From Polyangiaceae bacterium (GTDB taxonomy: Bacteria > Myxococcota_A > Polyangia > Polyangiales > Polyangiaceae): a DNA stretch of 64,000 nt. The stretch lies in the NCBI GenBank assembly GCA_044376115.1, contig JBILLK010000008.1:321560-385559 (forward strand), given 5' to 3'. Below the pieces are notes generated by a model, which saw only the letters and a list, made by a program, of their open reading frames with translations, searched no databases and was not told where the DNA came from. This document shows positions 29,562 through 38,963 of this stretch, in pieces; the stretch's first letter is position 1, and every line of letters begins with the position of its first letter. The translations under genes and the position numbers were made by a program.

Positions 29562-31958
29562 ATGATCTTTAGCCTCACGTGTAGCGCACTCTCAGGCCTC
29601 CCCAACTTGCGAGTAGCGGGGTTCAAAGGCGTGGAGAAGATCTCTACGCCTTACCAGTTCGACATCTATTTCTCGATCAACATCCTGCCCGACCTCCCGC
29701 TCGAACTCGACCTATCGGAGGCGTTGTTCTTGAGCGCTACGCTCACCATGCAGCTCGGCAATGAATTGCCGATCTCTTACTCGGGGATCCTGTCTTCGAT
29801 TCGCCTGGTTCGGGCAGCGCAGAACGTGGCGCTGTTTCACGCGCGGCTCGTGCCGCAGGTTTGGCAGCTCACGCTTACCAAACACTCACGCATCTGGACG
29901 AAGAAGAGCTGCACCGACGTAATCAAGCAGGTCCTCGAAGAGTCGGATGTCGCGCACGAGTTCCGACTGCAGTCCCCCTACCCGACCGAAGAACAGATCT
30001 CGCAATACAAGGAGAGCAACTTCGCCTTCATCTCGCGCTGGATGGAGCGCGAGGGCATGTATTACTTCTTTGAGCAGGTCGACGGGAAAGACGTGATGGT
30101 CATCACGGATCACAAGTCGGCGCACAGCTCATTGCGCAGCTCGCCGGTCACCTACTCACCAACGACAGGCGAGCAGGCGCTTGCCTCGCAGTTCTTCGAC
30201 AACTTCGCGGCGACCCACAATGCGCTCCCAGCAACGGTGCGGGTCATCGACTACGACTATGCGCGCCCTCTACTCGACGTCTCGAGTACCGTTGACGTCG
30301 AGCCCAACGCCGTCGGCGAGCTCGCCGAGTACGGCGGCCGGTTCTTCAGTCCCGAGGACGCGCAACGACTGGCGAAGGTTCGCGCCGAGGACCAACTCGT
30401 ACGTAAGCAGCAATTCTTCGCGACGGGCGCCGCGACCAACCTCGCCGCTGGCTTTACCTTCAGCGTCGATGAGCACCCGCTCGTTCAATACAACGCCGAA
30501 TACCTCGTTACGGGGATATCTCACTACGGCTACGACGCCCAATATGGCGCTGTCTGGGGCTCGCTCGTTGAGACCAAGTACTCGAACGTCGTTTATTGGG
30601 TCGAGACCGAGGCGGTCACCGTCGAGACGCAGTTCCGCGCCGGCCAAACAACCCCATGGCCGAGGGTGGACGGCTACGAGAACGCCGTGATCGATGGCTT
30701 CGCTACGAGCGACTACGCCCAGCTCGACGACCAAGGTCGCTATTTGGTCAAGTTCAAGTTCGACGAAGGCAGCATCAGCAACGGGAAGTCGTCGACCTGG
30801 GTGCGCATGTCGCAACCCCACGGCGGCGCCCAAGAAGGTCAACATTTCCCAATCCGCAAGGGGGTAGAGGTTATCTGCTCCTTCCTCGGTGGAGATCCTG
30901 ACCGGCCGGTAATCGTCGGCGTCGTTCACAACACGCTCAACAAGAGCGTGGTGACCAATAACAACTACACGCAAAACATCATCCGCACGGGCAGCCTCAA
31001 TCACATCGTGATGGAGGATCAGGCGGGTAGTATGTACATGGAGTTCTACTGTCCTATCTTCCAGAGCACCCTTTTCCTAGGTGCCGGAGAGTGGAACTTT
31101 AACCTCACTACGCTCGGGGACGGGCGCATTCACACCGAGGTTAACCTCCAGTTCGACATCAATAACGAGTGGGAGGTGGATGTCGCCAGCAACGTCACCT
31201 GGGTATTCCACGAAAAGCTCGACTGGACGGTGCTCGCGGACGTCAAAGTTCTATTCGCCGCCAATCTCAAGTGGGCAGTAACGAGCAATGTCGAGGTTGC
31301 GTTTGGGGCTGAACTCAAATGGCAGGTAGCAGCAGCTACCGCCATCTCACTCGGAGCGGCCTTTGACTTTGCCGTAACAGGCGCGGCGGCGTTGAGCTTT
31401 GCAACAGACGTGGGTGCCAAGATCGGCGGCAGCCTGGACGTGGCGATCAGTGCGAGCGAGAAGCAGTTCGTTGGAGCAGACCGCGAGCGCGAGGTCGCAG
31501 CGAACGAGCTGGTCAAGATCGGTGGCAATCAGACGGTCGATGTGGGCGGAAACCAGACGGTTACCATCAAAGGCAATCAGTCGGTCACTGTCACCGCCGA
31601 TGAAAGCAAGACCACCCTCGGCGTCACCAACGAGAACTTCATCGGCATGAAGAACTCGCTTCAGGTGGGAGTCTTCAACGAGACCACGGTCGCATTGAAG
31701 AACTCGCTCCAAGTTGGGGTGTTCAACGAGTTCACGCTCGCAAACAAGAACTCCCTCACGATCGGCAATATCCTTGAGCTCTCTGCCGCGACGAAGATCA
31801 GCATCGCGGCAGCTACCCAGCTGTCCATTTCGGCGATGAACGTCAATCTGACTGGAGTGAACATCTCCGCGACCGGCATTGAAGCAACCGCCACGGGTCA
31901 CAGCTTCACGGCAGAAGCGACCGAGACGCGAGTTTCGGTCATTATCATCTTCGTCTAG
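29562..31958 (+). CDS. vgrG: type VI secretion spike protein VgrG/TssI with long C-terminal beta-helix
   Basis: E.ISTPYQF; QYKESNFAFISRWMEREGMYYFF; DDQGRY.VKF; WVRMSQP; HFPIRKGVEV..FLGGDPDRPVI; 8-residue GGNQTVDV repeats. Confidence 0.95.
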   Translation: MIFSLTCSALSGLPNLRVAGFKGVEKISTPYQFDIYFSINILPDLPLELDLSEALFLSATLTMQLGNELPISYSGILSSIRLVRAAQNVALFHARLVPQVWQLTLTKHSRIWTKKSCTDVIKQVLEESDVAHEFRLQSPYPTEEQISQYKESNFAFISRWMEREGMYYFFEQVDGKDVMVITDHKSAHSSLRSSPVTYSPTTGEQALASQFFDNFAATHNALPATVRVIDYDYARPLLDVSSTVDVEPNAVGELAEYGGRFFSPEDAQRLAKVRAEDQLVRKQQFFATGAATNLAAGFTFSVDEHPLVQYNAEYLVTGISHYGYDAQYGAVWGSLVETKYSNVVYWVETEAVTVETQFRAGQTTPWPRVDGYENAVIDGFATSDYAQLDDQGRYLVKFKFDEGSISNGKSSTWVRMSQPHGGAQEGQHFPIRKGVEVICSFLGGDPDRPVIVGVVHNTLNKSVVTNNNYTQNIIRTGSLNHIVMEDQAGSMYMEFYCPIFQSTLFLGAGEWNFNLTTLGDGRIHTEVNLQFDINNEWEVDVASNVTWVFHEKLDWTVLADVKVLFAANLKWAVTSNVEVAFGAELKWQVAAATAISLGAAFDFAVTGAAALSFATDVGAKIGGSLDVAISASEKQFVGADREREVAANELVKIGGNQTVDVGGNQTVTIKGNQSVTVTADESKTTLGVTNENFIGMKNSLQVGVFNETTVALKNSLQVGVFNEFTLANKNSLTIGNILELSAATKISIAAATQLSISAMNVNLTGVNISATGIEATATGHSFTAEATETRVSVIIIFV

Positions 31959-32029
31959 GCGCGCGTTCAGGGCATTCTTCCCTTTGGCCGGGGGTCTGTT
32001 CGGCCAGCGGAACGAAGGACGGAGCGTCT

Positions 32030-34696
32030 TTGAAGGTCATCAAACCACTTCGGCTGAGTCTGATTCACAGAGTCTTCGACCACCGCAAGAAGCACATGAT
32101 GGTGACGACGGTGGCCTACGCTTTTCCATTCTCGGAGCCCAAGGCGCCGATCTCCGAGACGGAGATGTGGAAGATGGCCGCCTCGGAGCTGGGTCGATTC
32201 GGCGTTTTGGACTTCTGGATGTTCAAGCCGCAGGCGGAAGTGTTAGTGACTGGCGCCTGCTACACCGGAGAGCGCGAGAAGGGCTCCGACTTCGTACGCC
32301 TTTCGCTGGGCCCAGAGAACAAGCGGCTGATCGACAAGACGCTTTACGTCTTCGGTGATCGCCGCTGGACGCTGATCGGTCCAACAGATCCCAACATGTT
32401 CACACGCATGCCGGTCGACTACCGGCACGCGTTTGGCGGCGAGAAGTACGACAAGAATCCGATCGGTAAGGGCTTCTCGAGCACCAAGGATGAGTTCGGC
32501 AACGAGGTTCATCCGCTACCCAACATTGAGGATCCGAAGCACGTCGTGAAGAGCAAGGGGGACAGGCCCACGCCCGCAAGCCTGGCAGCGTGGGACCTGA
32601 CCTGGCCTGTTCACTTCGAGAAAAAGATGGGCAGCTACGACGCCAACTGGGTCGAGAAGAACGGCTTCTCCCTAGCGGATGACATCGACTTTTCGCTCTT
32701 CAACGTGGCTCCGCCTGATCAGCGAGCGCCAGACTTTTTCCAAGGGACGGAGGAGTTGCGCATCGAGAACATGCATCCCGACCGGCGGGTGCTCGAGTTC
32801 AAACTGCCTGGCTTCGGAGCCCGTTGCCTCGTCAAGTTCAAGGAGGCACATGAGTCGCAACCGACGCTGCGCGACATCCCCCTGCGCGCTGACACCATTC
32901 ACGTGTTCCCACATCACGAGCGGGCGATCGTTTTCTTTCGCGGGACGACCGAGATCTACACGAGCGACGCGACCTGTGTGGACAGCATCCTCGCAGCCTT
33001 GGAGGATCCGGCGGAGCGCCGCTCGGTCGACTACTACCAACACATCATAGAGAAGCGGGCAGACAAGAGCCGCGGAGCGATCTTCGCCCTGCGCGACATG
33101 GACCTCCTGCCCCACTGGGCGGTATTGCCGAGTACGGGCGCCGTGCGGATGGGAGACCCGCTCGAGGACGTGATCACGCGCGAGGGCCACGTCGAGGACA
33201 ATCAATGGAAGCGCGTGCTGAAGGAGTACACCGCCAATCGCGAGCGGCTCCTCGCCCAAGGCATCGAGCCCGACAAGATCCCACCGCCACCCAAACCGCC
33301 ACAACGGGCGCAGCAAGTAAACTTCGCCGACTTGCCCGAGCTGCTCGATTCAATCGAAAAAGAACGAGAAGCGGCGACGAAGCAGCTAAGCGCCCAGCGA
33401 GCCGAGGCGGAAGCGCTGCTCGACTCGATTTGCAAAGAGCACAACATTGATCTGGAGGCCGCAAAACTCAAAGCCAACGCAGACTCGGTTGGTCCGCCCA
33501 AGTTCACGGCAGAGGCGGAGCTCGCTCGGCTCTACGGCAATGTGCAGTTGATTGAAGCGGCTGGCGGCGATGCGAGCGAGCTGCGCACCCAGCTGGACGA
33601 CCCGAATTTCCGCGCAAAGTTGTTGAATCTCGAGTTGCAATTGCGGGAGAAGTACCGCCTCACGGCTCACTCGCAGGATCCGGCGACGTCGCTCAGTAGC
33701 GAGCACTCGCTGCGTGCGCGCGAGGAGCTTCAGCTTGAACTCACGGCGGCGGTTCGAACGCGGAAGGACTACACCGGCGTCGATCTCTCGGGGATCAATC
33801 TCGAGGGTGCCAACCTCGAGGCGCTCTTTCTCGAGAAGGCCAACCTCAAGGGATCAAACCTCAAGGGGGCAAACTTGCGTGGGGCCATCCTCGCGCATGC
33901 CAACCTCGAGGATGCGGACCTCAGCGGCGCCAACCTCGAGCGCGCGAACCTGGGCAAAGCCAAGCTGATCGGCAGCAACCTTTCGGGCGCAATTCTCTCG
34001 GAAGCGATCCTGTACGAAGCAGACCTCAGCCGGGCAAAGCTGGTCGGTACCAACCTGAGCAAAGCCAACACCTTCGAGCTCGTCTGTGAAGGCTGTGACT
34101 TCTCGAACGCCCGCGCCGAGAACTTGTTCTTCTACAAAGCCAAGCTCAAGGGGGCGATTTTCCGCGGTGCAAAGTTCTCGTTGTGCGCTTTTGTGGAGTG
34201 CGATGCGCGCGAGCTGGACGCCAAGAACTCGGACTTCTCTCAGTGTGTGTTTTTGATGTCACAGGCGGATGGCGCAACGTTTGAGGGCTCCGTAGTCGAG
34301 AACTTTCGCGTGGTGCTCTCTTCGTTCGTCGGCGTGAAGTTTGGTGGTTCGCGTATGCCAGGGTCGAACTTGCGCGGCGCGAAACTCGCTGGTGCCGACT
34401 TCTCGGGCGTCAACCTGAGACGCAGCGACCTCTCGACCGCCGACCTTACCGGCGCCAACCTCGAGCGCGCGCTGCTCGTCGAGTGCCTGCTCATGGACAC
34501 CGTCCTCGAAGATGCCAAGATGGAAGGCGCCAACCTGATGCTGGCCATCATGCATCGAGCCGTGCTTCGGGGCGCCGATGTCTCGAAGGCCAACCTGTTC
34601 TGCGCAGATTTGACAGGCGCAGTCGGCGACAAGCGCACGAGTTTCGCTGGGTCCAACGTCAAGCGCGCCTTGGTCGCCGGGGTCTATCATGGATAG
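32030..34696 (+). CDS. DUF2169 T6SS adaptor fused to pentapeptide repeats (TagAB-like)
   Basis: MKVIKPLRLSL; KPQAEVLVTG; K.L.VFGDRRW; AFGG...NPIGKG; LPNIE; C-terminal A(N/D)LxG repeats. Confidence 0.9.
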   Translation: MKVIKPLRLSLIHRVFDHRKKHMMVTTVAYAFPFSEPKAPISETEMWKMAASELGRFGVLDFWMFKPQAEVLVTGACYTGEREKGSDFVRLSLGPENKRLIDKTLYVFGDRRWTLIGPTDPNMFTRMPVDYRHAFGGEKYDKNPIGKGFSSTKDEFGNEVHPLPNIEDPKHVVKSKGDRPTPASLAAWDLTWPVHFEKKMGSYDANWVEKNGFSLADDIDFSLFNVAPPDQRAPDFFQGTEELRIENMHPDRRVLEFKLPGFGARCLVKFKEAHESQPTLRDIPLRADTIHVFPHHERAIVFFRGTTEIYTSDATCVDSILAALEDPAERRSVDYYQHIIEKRADKSRGAIFALRDMDLLPHWAVLPSTGAVRMGDPLEDVITREGHVEDNQWKRVLKEYTANRERLLAQGIEPDKIPPPPKPPQRAQQVNFADLPELLDSIEKEREAATKQLSAQRAEAEALLDSICKEHNIDLEAAKLKANADSVGPPKFTAEAELARLYGNVQLIEAAGGDASELRTQLDDPNFRAKLLNLELQLREKYRLTAHSQDPATSLSSEHSLRAREELQLELTAAVRTRKDYTGVDLSGINLEGANLEALFLEKANLKGSNLKGANLRGAILAHANLEDADLSGANLERANLGKAKLIGSNLSGAILSEAILYEADLSRAKLVGTNLSKANTFELVCEGCDFSNARAENLFFYKAKLKGAIFRGAKFSLCAFVECDARELDAKNSDFSQCVFLMSQADGATFEGSVVENFRVVLSSFVGVKFGGSRMPGSNLRGAKLAGADFSGVNLRRSDLSTADLTGANLERALLVECLLMDTVLEDAKMEGANLMLAIMHRAVLRGADVSKANLFCADLTGAVGDKRTSFAGSNVKRALVAGVYHG

Positions 34697-35777
34697 AGCG
34701 GAGCTTCAGGAACGCGTCAAATCGGGTGAGCTGCTCAGCGGATTGGATTGTTCTGGCGCCAATCTCGCCGAGAGCGACCTCGCGGGCGGGATCTTCGAGA
34801 ACTGCAGCTTCGCTGGAGCCGTGCTGGACGGTGCGAAGCTCTCTGAAAGCACATTCTCGAGTTGCGACTTCTCGGGAGTGAGCGCTCGCGGCTCAGCGTG
34901 GCGGCACGCCACGCTGCAGGGCTGCACCGCGCGTGCGCTCTCGCTCGAGAAGGCCACCTTGCCAGTGATGCGCGTCTTCGGTGGCGAGTTCACCAGCGTG
35001 AACTTCAGCGGTGCCGAGCTGCTGGCGGCGGCCTTCGCCAAAGTGAACTTGCGCATGTGCAACTTCACCAAGGCCAACCTGGATCGAACGCAGTTCATCG
35101 AAGTTGAATTCGACGGGGCGAAGTTCAACGGCGCCACGATGAAGCACACGGTCATGCTGGGGGCGGATCTTCGCGAGTGCGACCTGCGCGGAACCAAGCT
35201 CGACACCGTGGTTCTGGTCAAAGGCAACCTGGCCGGGATGGACCTCTCGGGGATGGACCTCGAACTCTGTCAGTTCATGGACGCTGACATGACCGGCGTG
35301 AATCTAAGCGAGGCCAACCTCACGCAATGCAACTTCAAGAGCACTCGGCTGGTTGGAGCCAAGTTGGATGGAGCGCGAGCTCCGCGCGCGATGTTCGCCC
35401 AGGCCAACCTCGAGCGGGCTTCGCTCACAAAGCTGAAGGCGCGTGAGGCCTTGTTCGCCGAAGCAGTGGCTCCCCATGCCGACTTCAGCGGAGCCGATCT
35501 TCAGATGAGCGTGTTCCTTAGAGCGAGCTGTGTGCACGCACGCTTCAAGGATGCAGACCTGACCTATGCGGAGCTGTCCCACGCGGATTTGAGCCACGCG
35601 GACTTCTCGGGCGCAACGGTCTACCGGGCTCGGATCCACCGTATCAAGGACGACGGCGCGCACTTCGGACCAAGCAAGCTGACCGCATTTGGTACCGACC
35701 CCGACATTGCCGAAGCCGAGGACTGGCAAGCGAGTCCGGCTGGCGGCAAAGCCGTAGAAAGCAGGCCCAAAGCGTGA
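34689..35777 (+). CDS. pentapeptide repeat protein (TagB-like)
   Basis: Almost entirely A(D/N)(L/F)xx repeats; overlaps the upstream stop. Confidence 0.9.
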   Translation: MDRAELQERVKSGELLSGLDCSGANLAESDLAGGIFENCSFAGAVLDGAKLSESTFSSCDFSGVSARGSAWRHATLQGCTARALSLEKATLPVMRVFGGEFTSVNFSGAELLAAAFAKVNLRMCNFTKANLDRTQFIEVEFDGAKFNGATMKHTVMLGADLRECDLRGTKLDTVVLVKGNLAGMDLSGMDLELCQFMDADMTGVNLSEANLTQCNFKSTRLVGAKLDGARAPRAMFAQANLERASLTKLKAREALFAEAVAPHADFSGADLQMSVFLRASCVHARFKDADLTYAELSHADLSHADFSGATVYRARIHRIKDDGAHFGPSKLTAFGTDPDIAEAEDWQASPAGGKAVESRPKA

Positions 35778-35856
35778 ATACCGTCATGAACTCTAGTACG
35801 TTGTTAGTTGACCGGCGTGGACTGCCACGTGAAGTGAAGGAGCGAAGGAGCGCATC

Positions 35857-36498
35857 ATGAAAAACCTCGCGACGAAACTCGAGCGGGACGTCGTCTTCCA
35901 ATCGATGGGCACGATCGTGCGCATCGAAGGCGCCACCTTCGTAGTACAGACAGACGATGGAGATCTGCGGGCCGCGCGGGCCGTCAGTTGTCTCGTGGAG
36001 CCGCGCCTCCACGACTTCGTTCTGGTGGGAGGGATGCAGCGTGCGTGTTACGTGCTGGCGGTGCTCGAGCGCGAAAGCGCTGACGTAGACCTCGCCGCAC
36101 CGGGGGATCTCAACCTCAAGGTTGGCGAAAAGTTTCGTGTCATCGCTCAACGCGGGGTTGATCTGGTAACGCCTGAGGCCGTGAACATCACGAGCAATGA
36201 GGTCGGGGTTCACACCTCGCGAGCGAAGCTCTTTGCCAGCGAGATTCTTGCGATCGGTAGTGAGGTTGTTGGTGAGCTCGCAAACGTAAAGCTGAAAGGT
36301 ACCTTCTTCGACAAGGTGTTTGAGCGGGTTACGGAACGAGTGCAACGCAGCTACCGCAGAGTCGAGGAGCTGGATCAGCTCAAGGCCAAGCAGATGGACT
36401 ACCTGGCCGAGGAGACAATGTGCCTGCGCAGCGACAACATGGTCGCCACAGCGAAGGAGCTGGTCAAAGTCGACGGCGAGCAAATCCACTTCGGCTGA
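35857..36498 (+). CDS. DUF3540 family protein (TagC-like)
   Basis: ARAVSCLVEP..D.VL; SYRRVEELDQ; C-terminus VKVDGEQIHFG; AAGGAG RBS. Confidence 0.85.
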   Translation: MKNLATKLERDVVFQSMGTIVRIEGATFVVQTDDGDLRAARAVSCLVEPRLHDFVLVGGMQRACYVLAVLERESADVDLAAPGDLNLKVGEKFRVIAQRGVDLVTPEAVNITSNEVGVHTSRAKLFASEILAIGSEVVGELANVKLKGTFFDKVFERVTERVQRSYRRVEELDQLKAKQMDYLAEETMCLRSDNMVATAKELVKVDGEQIHFG

Positions 36499-36507
36499 GG
36501 AGGTCCC

Positions 36508-36900
36508 ATGTTTGGAAACTCGCAAATGGGTGGCGTGAACATCGCGTTCCCGGACATCTGCTTCACACCGCCTGTGGCCCTGCCGATTCCGTATCCAAAC
36601 ATCTCGTTGGGACCGGTTGGCTTTCCGCCGGCCTTCAAGATCTTTTGGATGTGCACGCCCTCCCACAACCTGATGACGATGCCGCTGTTCTCGCTGGGAG
36701 ACACGCCCGGAGTGATGGGGTTCGGCATCGTCTCCCACTTGATCATGAGCCCGACGCGGCCGGTCATCGGCGCGTTCACCATGCTGCTGATGGGCTTGCC
36801 CGCAACACGCATGACGACCATCAATATTCAGAACACGTTGAACGCGCCTGGGATGACGCTGGTCCCAGCTCAGATCAAGGTCATCATTCTCAAGCCCTGA
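36508..36900 (+). CDS. DUF4150 PAAR-like protein (TagD-like)
   Basis: MFGNSQMGG..AFPDIC.TP..PIPYPN; P.Q.KV.IL; GGAGG RBS. Confidence 0.9.
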   Translation: MFGNSQMGGVNIAFPDICFTPPVALPIPYPNISLGPVGFPPAFKIFWMCTPSHNLMTMPLFSLGDTPGVMGFGIVSHLIMSPTRPVIGAFTMLLMGLPATRMTTINIQNTLNAPGMTLVPAQIKVIILKP

Positions 36901-36927
36901 GCGCCGGGAGCGGCGGCTTGCAGGCCG

Positions 36928-37722
36928 TTACTCGAGGCCAGAGGGGATCGGCAGCGGCCACACCGAGGCTGGTGCACCGCCATCCACTTCGAGTACCTGA
37001 CCGGTGACCCACGAGCTTGCGGGAGCCGCCAAATAGAGCGCAGCGAGAGCCATATCCTCAGGCTCGCCGAGGCGCCCCATCGGCGTGCGCGAGACCATCT
37101 CTTGTTCGGCGCCCTCCATGTTGAGGAACATTTCCAGCGCCTCGGTGCGAGTAGCCCCGGCAGCGATCGCGTTGACACGAATCTTGGGAGCCCACTCACG
37201 AGCAAGCAGCCGCGTCATGTGGTTGAGCGCTGCCTTCGTCGTGCCATAGGCAACAAAGCCTGACTCTACGCGATGGGAGAGCGCCGTGGAGATATTCACG
37301 ATCGAGCCACCGCCCACCCGCGCCATGTGAGGGGCGACGGCGCGGCTCAGGTGGAAGGCTGAGAGCACGTTGAAGCGAAAGGCTTCCATCATATCGTCGT
37401 CGCTCACCGCGAGTGCTGCGGTTGGCGGAGTACCACCCGCGACGTTCACCAAGATGTCGATGCGACCCGCCTCGACCAAGGTCGTTCGGATCAGCGCATC
37501 AAGCTGAGAGGGGACGGTCACGTCGGTGGGAACGGCGATGGTATTCATCCCGAGCCCCTTCAATTCATCGGCGACTTTGAACAGCCGATGGGCTCCGCGC
37601 GCGGCGAGCACTACCGTTGCTCCAGCGCCGCTAAACACCTGGGCGATCGCCCGGCCGATACCGCTAGAAGCACCCGTGATGACCGCAACCTGACCCGGCA
37701 GCAAAAAGCGACTCGTTTCCAC
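36928..37722 (-). CDS. short-chain dehydrogenase/reductase
   Basis: TGASSGIG; LVNVAGG; YGTTK; IRVNAIA; PMGRLGEPED; VDGG. Confidence 0.92.
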   Translation of the reverse strand: METSRFLLPGQVAVITGASSGIGRAIAQVFSGAGATVVLAARGAHRLFKVADELKGLGMNTIAVPTDVTVPSQLDALIRTTLVEAGRIDILVNVAGGTPPTAALAVSDDDMMEAFRFNVLSAFHLSRAVAPHMARVGGGSIVNISTALSHRVESGFVAYGTTKAALNHMTRLLAREWAPKIRVNAIAAGATRTEALEMFLNMEGAEQEMVSRTPMGRLGEPEDMALAALYLAAPASSWVTGQVLEVDGGAPASVWPLPIPSGLE

Positions 37723-37848
37723 GCGGGCGGTATAGCAGATCGGCAACCGAGCGTGGGCGTATCGGTTGGATTCGAAGGGCTCCACAAAAGGGTGGAACGA
37801 AGCTCAGGCTGGCTCGTATCGTGACCAACCTCGGAGGCCCCGTTACGA

Positions 37849-38628
37849 ATGAGCCAAGTAAAGTCAGTCATCATCGTCTGCGCTGCAATCCTCACCGCAA
37901 CAGGCTGCACCAAGGAGGAGCCGGTCAAGCTCGCTGCCTCTGCAACGGCCGAGAAGCTTGCTTCCAGCGCTCCTCAAACTGCGGCGGCTGCCGAGTTCAC
38001 CGTCAAAAAGTCGGGGGCAGTCACCTTCCTCATGGAAGCGCCGATCGAGAAAATCTACGGCAAGGTTCCGGAGGCGCTCGAGGGCAACCTATTCGTCGAC
38101 TTGAAAGACCTGTCCAAAACGACGGGGAACATTGCGGTCAATCTCTCGACGCTGGAGCTCGTCCAGCGGAAGAAGAAGGACGCGGCTGACGCTGAGTACG
38201 GTGAGGAGAAAAAGGAGCCCAAGCAGAACGAGCATGCACAGCAATGGCTCGAAATCGACGAGAAGGTCGAGGCGAAGAACCGCGAGAAGAACCAGCGCGT
38301 TGAGTTTCGCATCACCGGCATCAAGGAAGTCAGCAAGAAGGACATTTCCGCCGAGAAGGGCGCCGTCGTCGTGACCGTAACGGCCGAGGGCGAGTTCCTC
38401 TTGCACCAACGAGTATCCAAGAAGTCTGTGGAGCTCGAGGTGACGTTCGAGGTCGATGCCGGCAAGGCGAAGTCGATCAAACTCAAGACCAAGAAGCCGT
38501 TTGCCGTGAACCTTCCAGAACACGACATTGGTCCGCGAGACAACGTGGGCAAGGTGCTGACAGAGCTTGCCCCGAAGGTTGCCAAGGACGCGATGGTTGA
38601 GCTGGACTTTACGTTCGATCCCAAGTGA
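37849..38628 (+). CDS. YceI-like lipoprotein
   Basis: Lipobox ATGC; FLMEAPIEKIYG; EGEFLLH; beta-barrel strand pattern. Confidence 0.7.
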   Translation: MSQVKSVIIVCAAILTATGCTKEEPVKLAASATAEKLASSAPQTAAAAEFTVKKSGAVTFLMEAPIEKIYGKVPEALEGNLFVDLKDLSKTTGNIAVNLSTLELVQRKKKDAADAEYGEEKKEPKQNEHAQQWLEIDEKVEAKNREKNQRVEFRITGIKEVSKKDISAEKGAVVVTVTAEGEFLLHQRVSKKSVELEVTFEVDAGKAKSIKLKTKKPFAVNLPEHDIGPRDNVGKVLTELAPKVAKDAMVELDFTFDPK

Positions 38629-38664
38629 GCAACGCGTTCCTGCCGCCGTGCGGCGGACGCTAGC

Positions 38665-38925
38665 TCAACGTCGTTCGAGTCGCCGCAAGGAGTCTTCCAA
38701 TGCGGCGACTTGCCGTTTCAGGTCCCGCACTTCGTCGGCCGTTGCCAGCCCCATTTCCTTAGCGAAGCGCTCTTTCTGGTCGGTAGTGAAGGTCGCAACG
38801 CGACCCGGCATGCTCATCGCTGCTACCGCGAGGCGCATGAAACGCTCGTCGGCCAAGAGCTTTCCGACCGCGGGGTTTTGGGAGAACTTCATACCCTCGG
38901 CGAAAAGCCGATCCTTCAACGACAT
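38665..38925 (-). CDS. small helical protein, phasin/granule-associated-like
   Basis: 86 aa; GGAGG RBS; GLATADEVRDLKRQVAALE coiled-coil end. Confidence 0.65.
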   Translation of the reverse strand: MSLKDRLFAEGMKFSQNPAVGKLLADERFMRLAVAAMSMPGRVATFTTDQKERFAKEMGLATADEVRDLKRQVAALEDSLRRLERR

Positions 38926-38963
38926 GAGACGAACCTCCAAACTTGAAGCTACCAAGGAGAGAA

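Noticed and set aside
33760..35777. Qnr/MfpA quinolone-resistance genes
   Set aside because: The pentapeptide repeats are fused to or follow DUF2169 in a T6SS tip cassette
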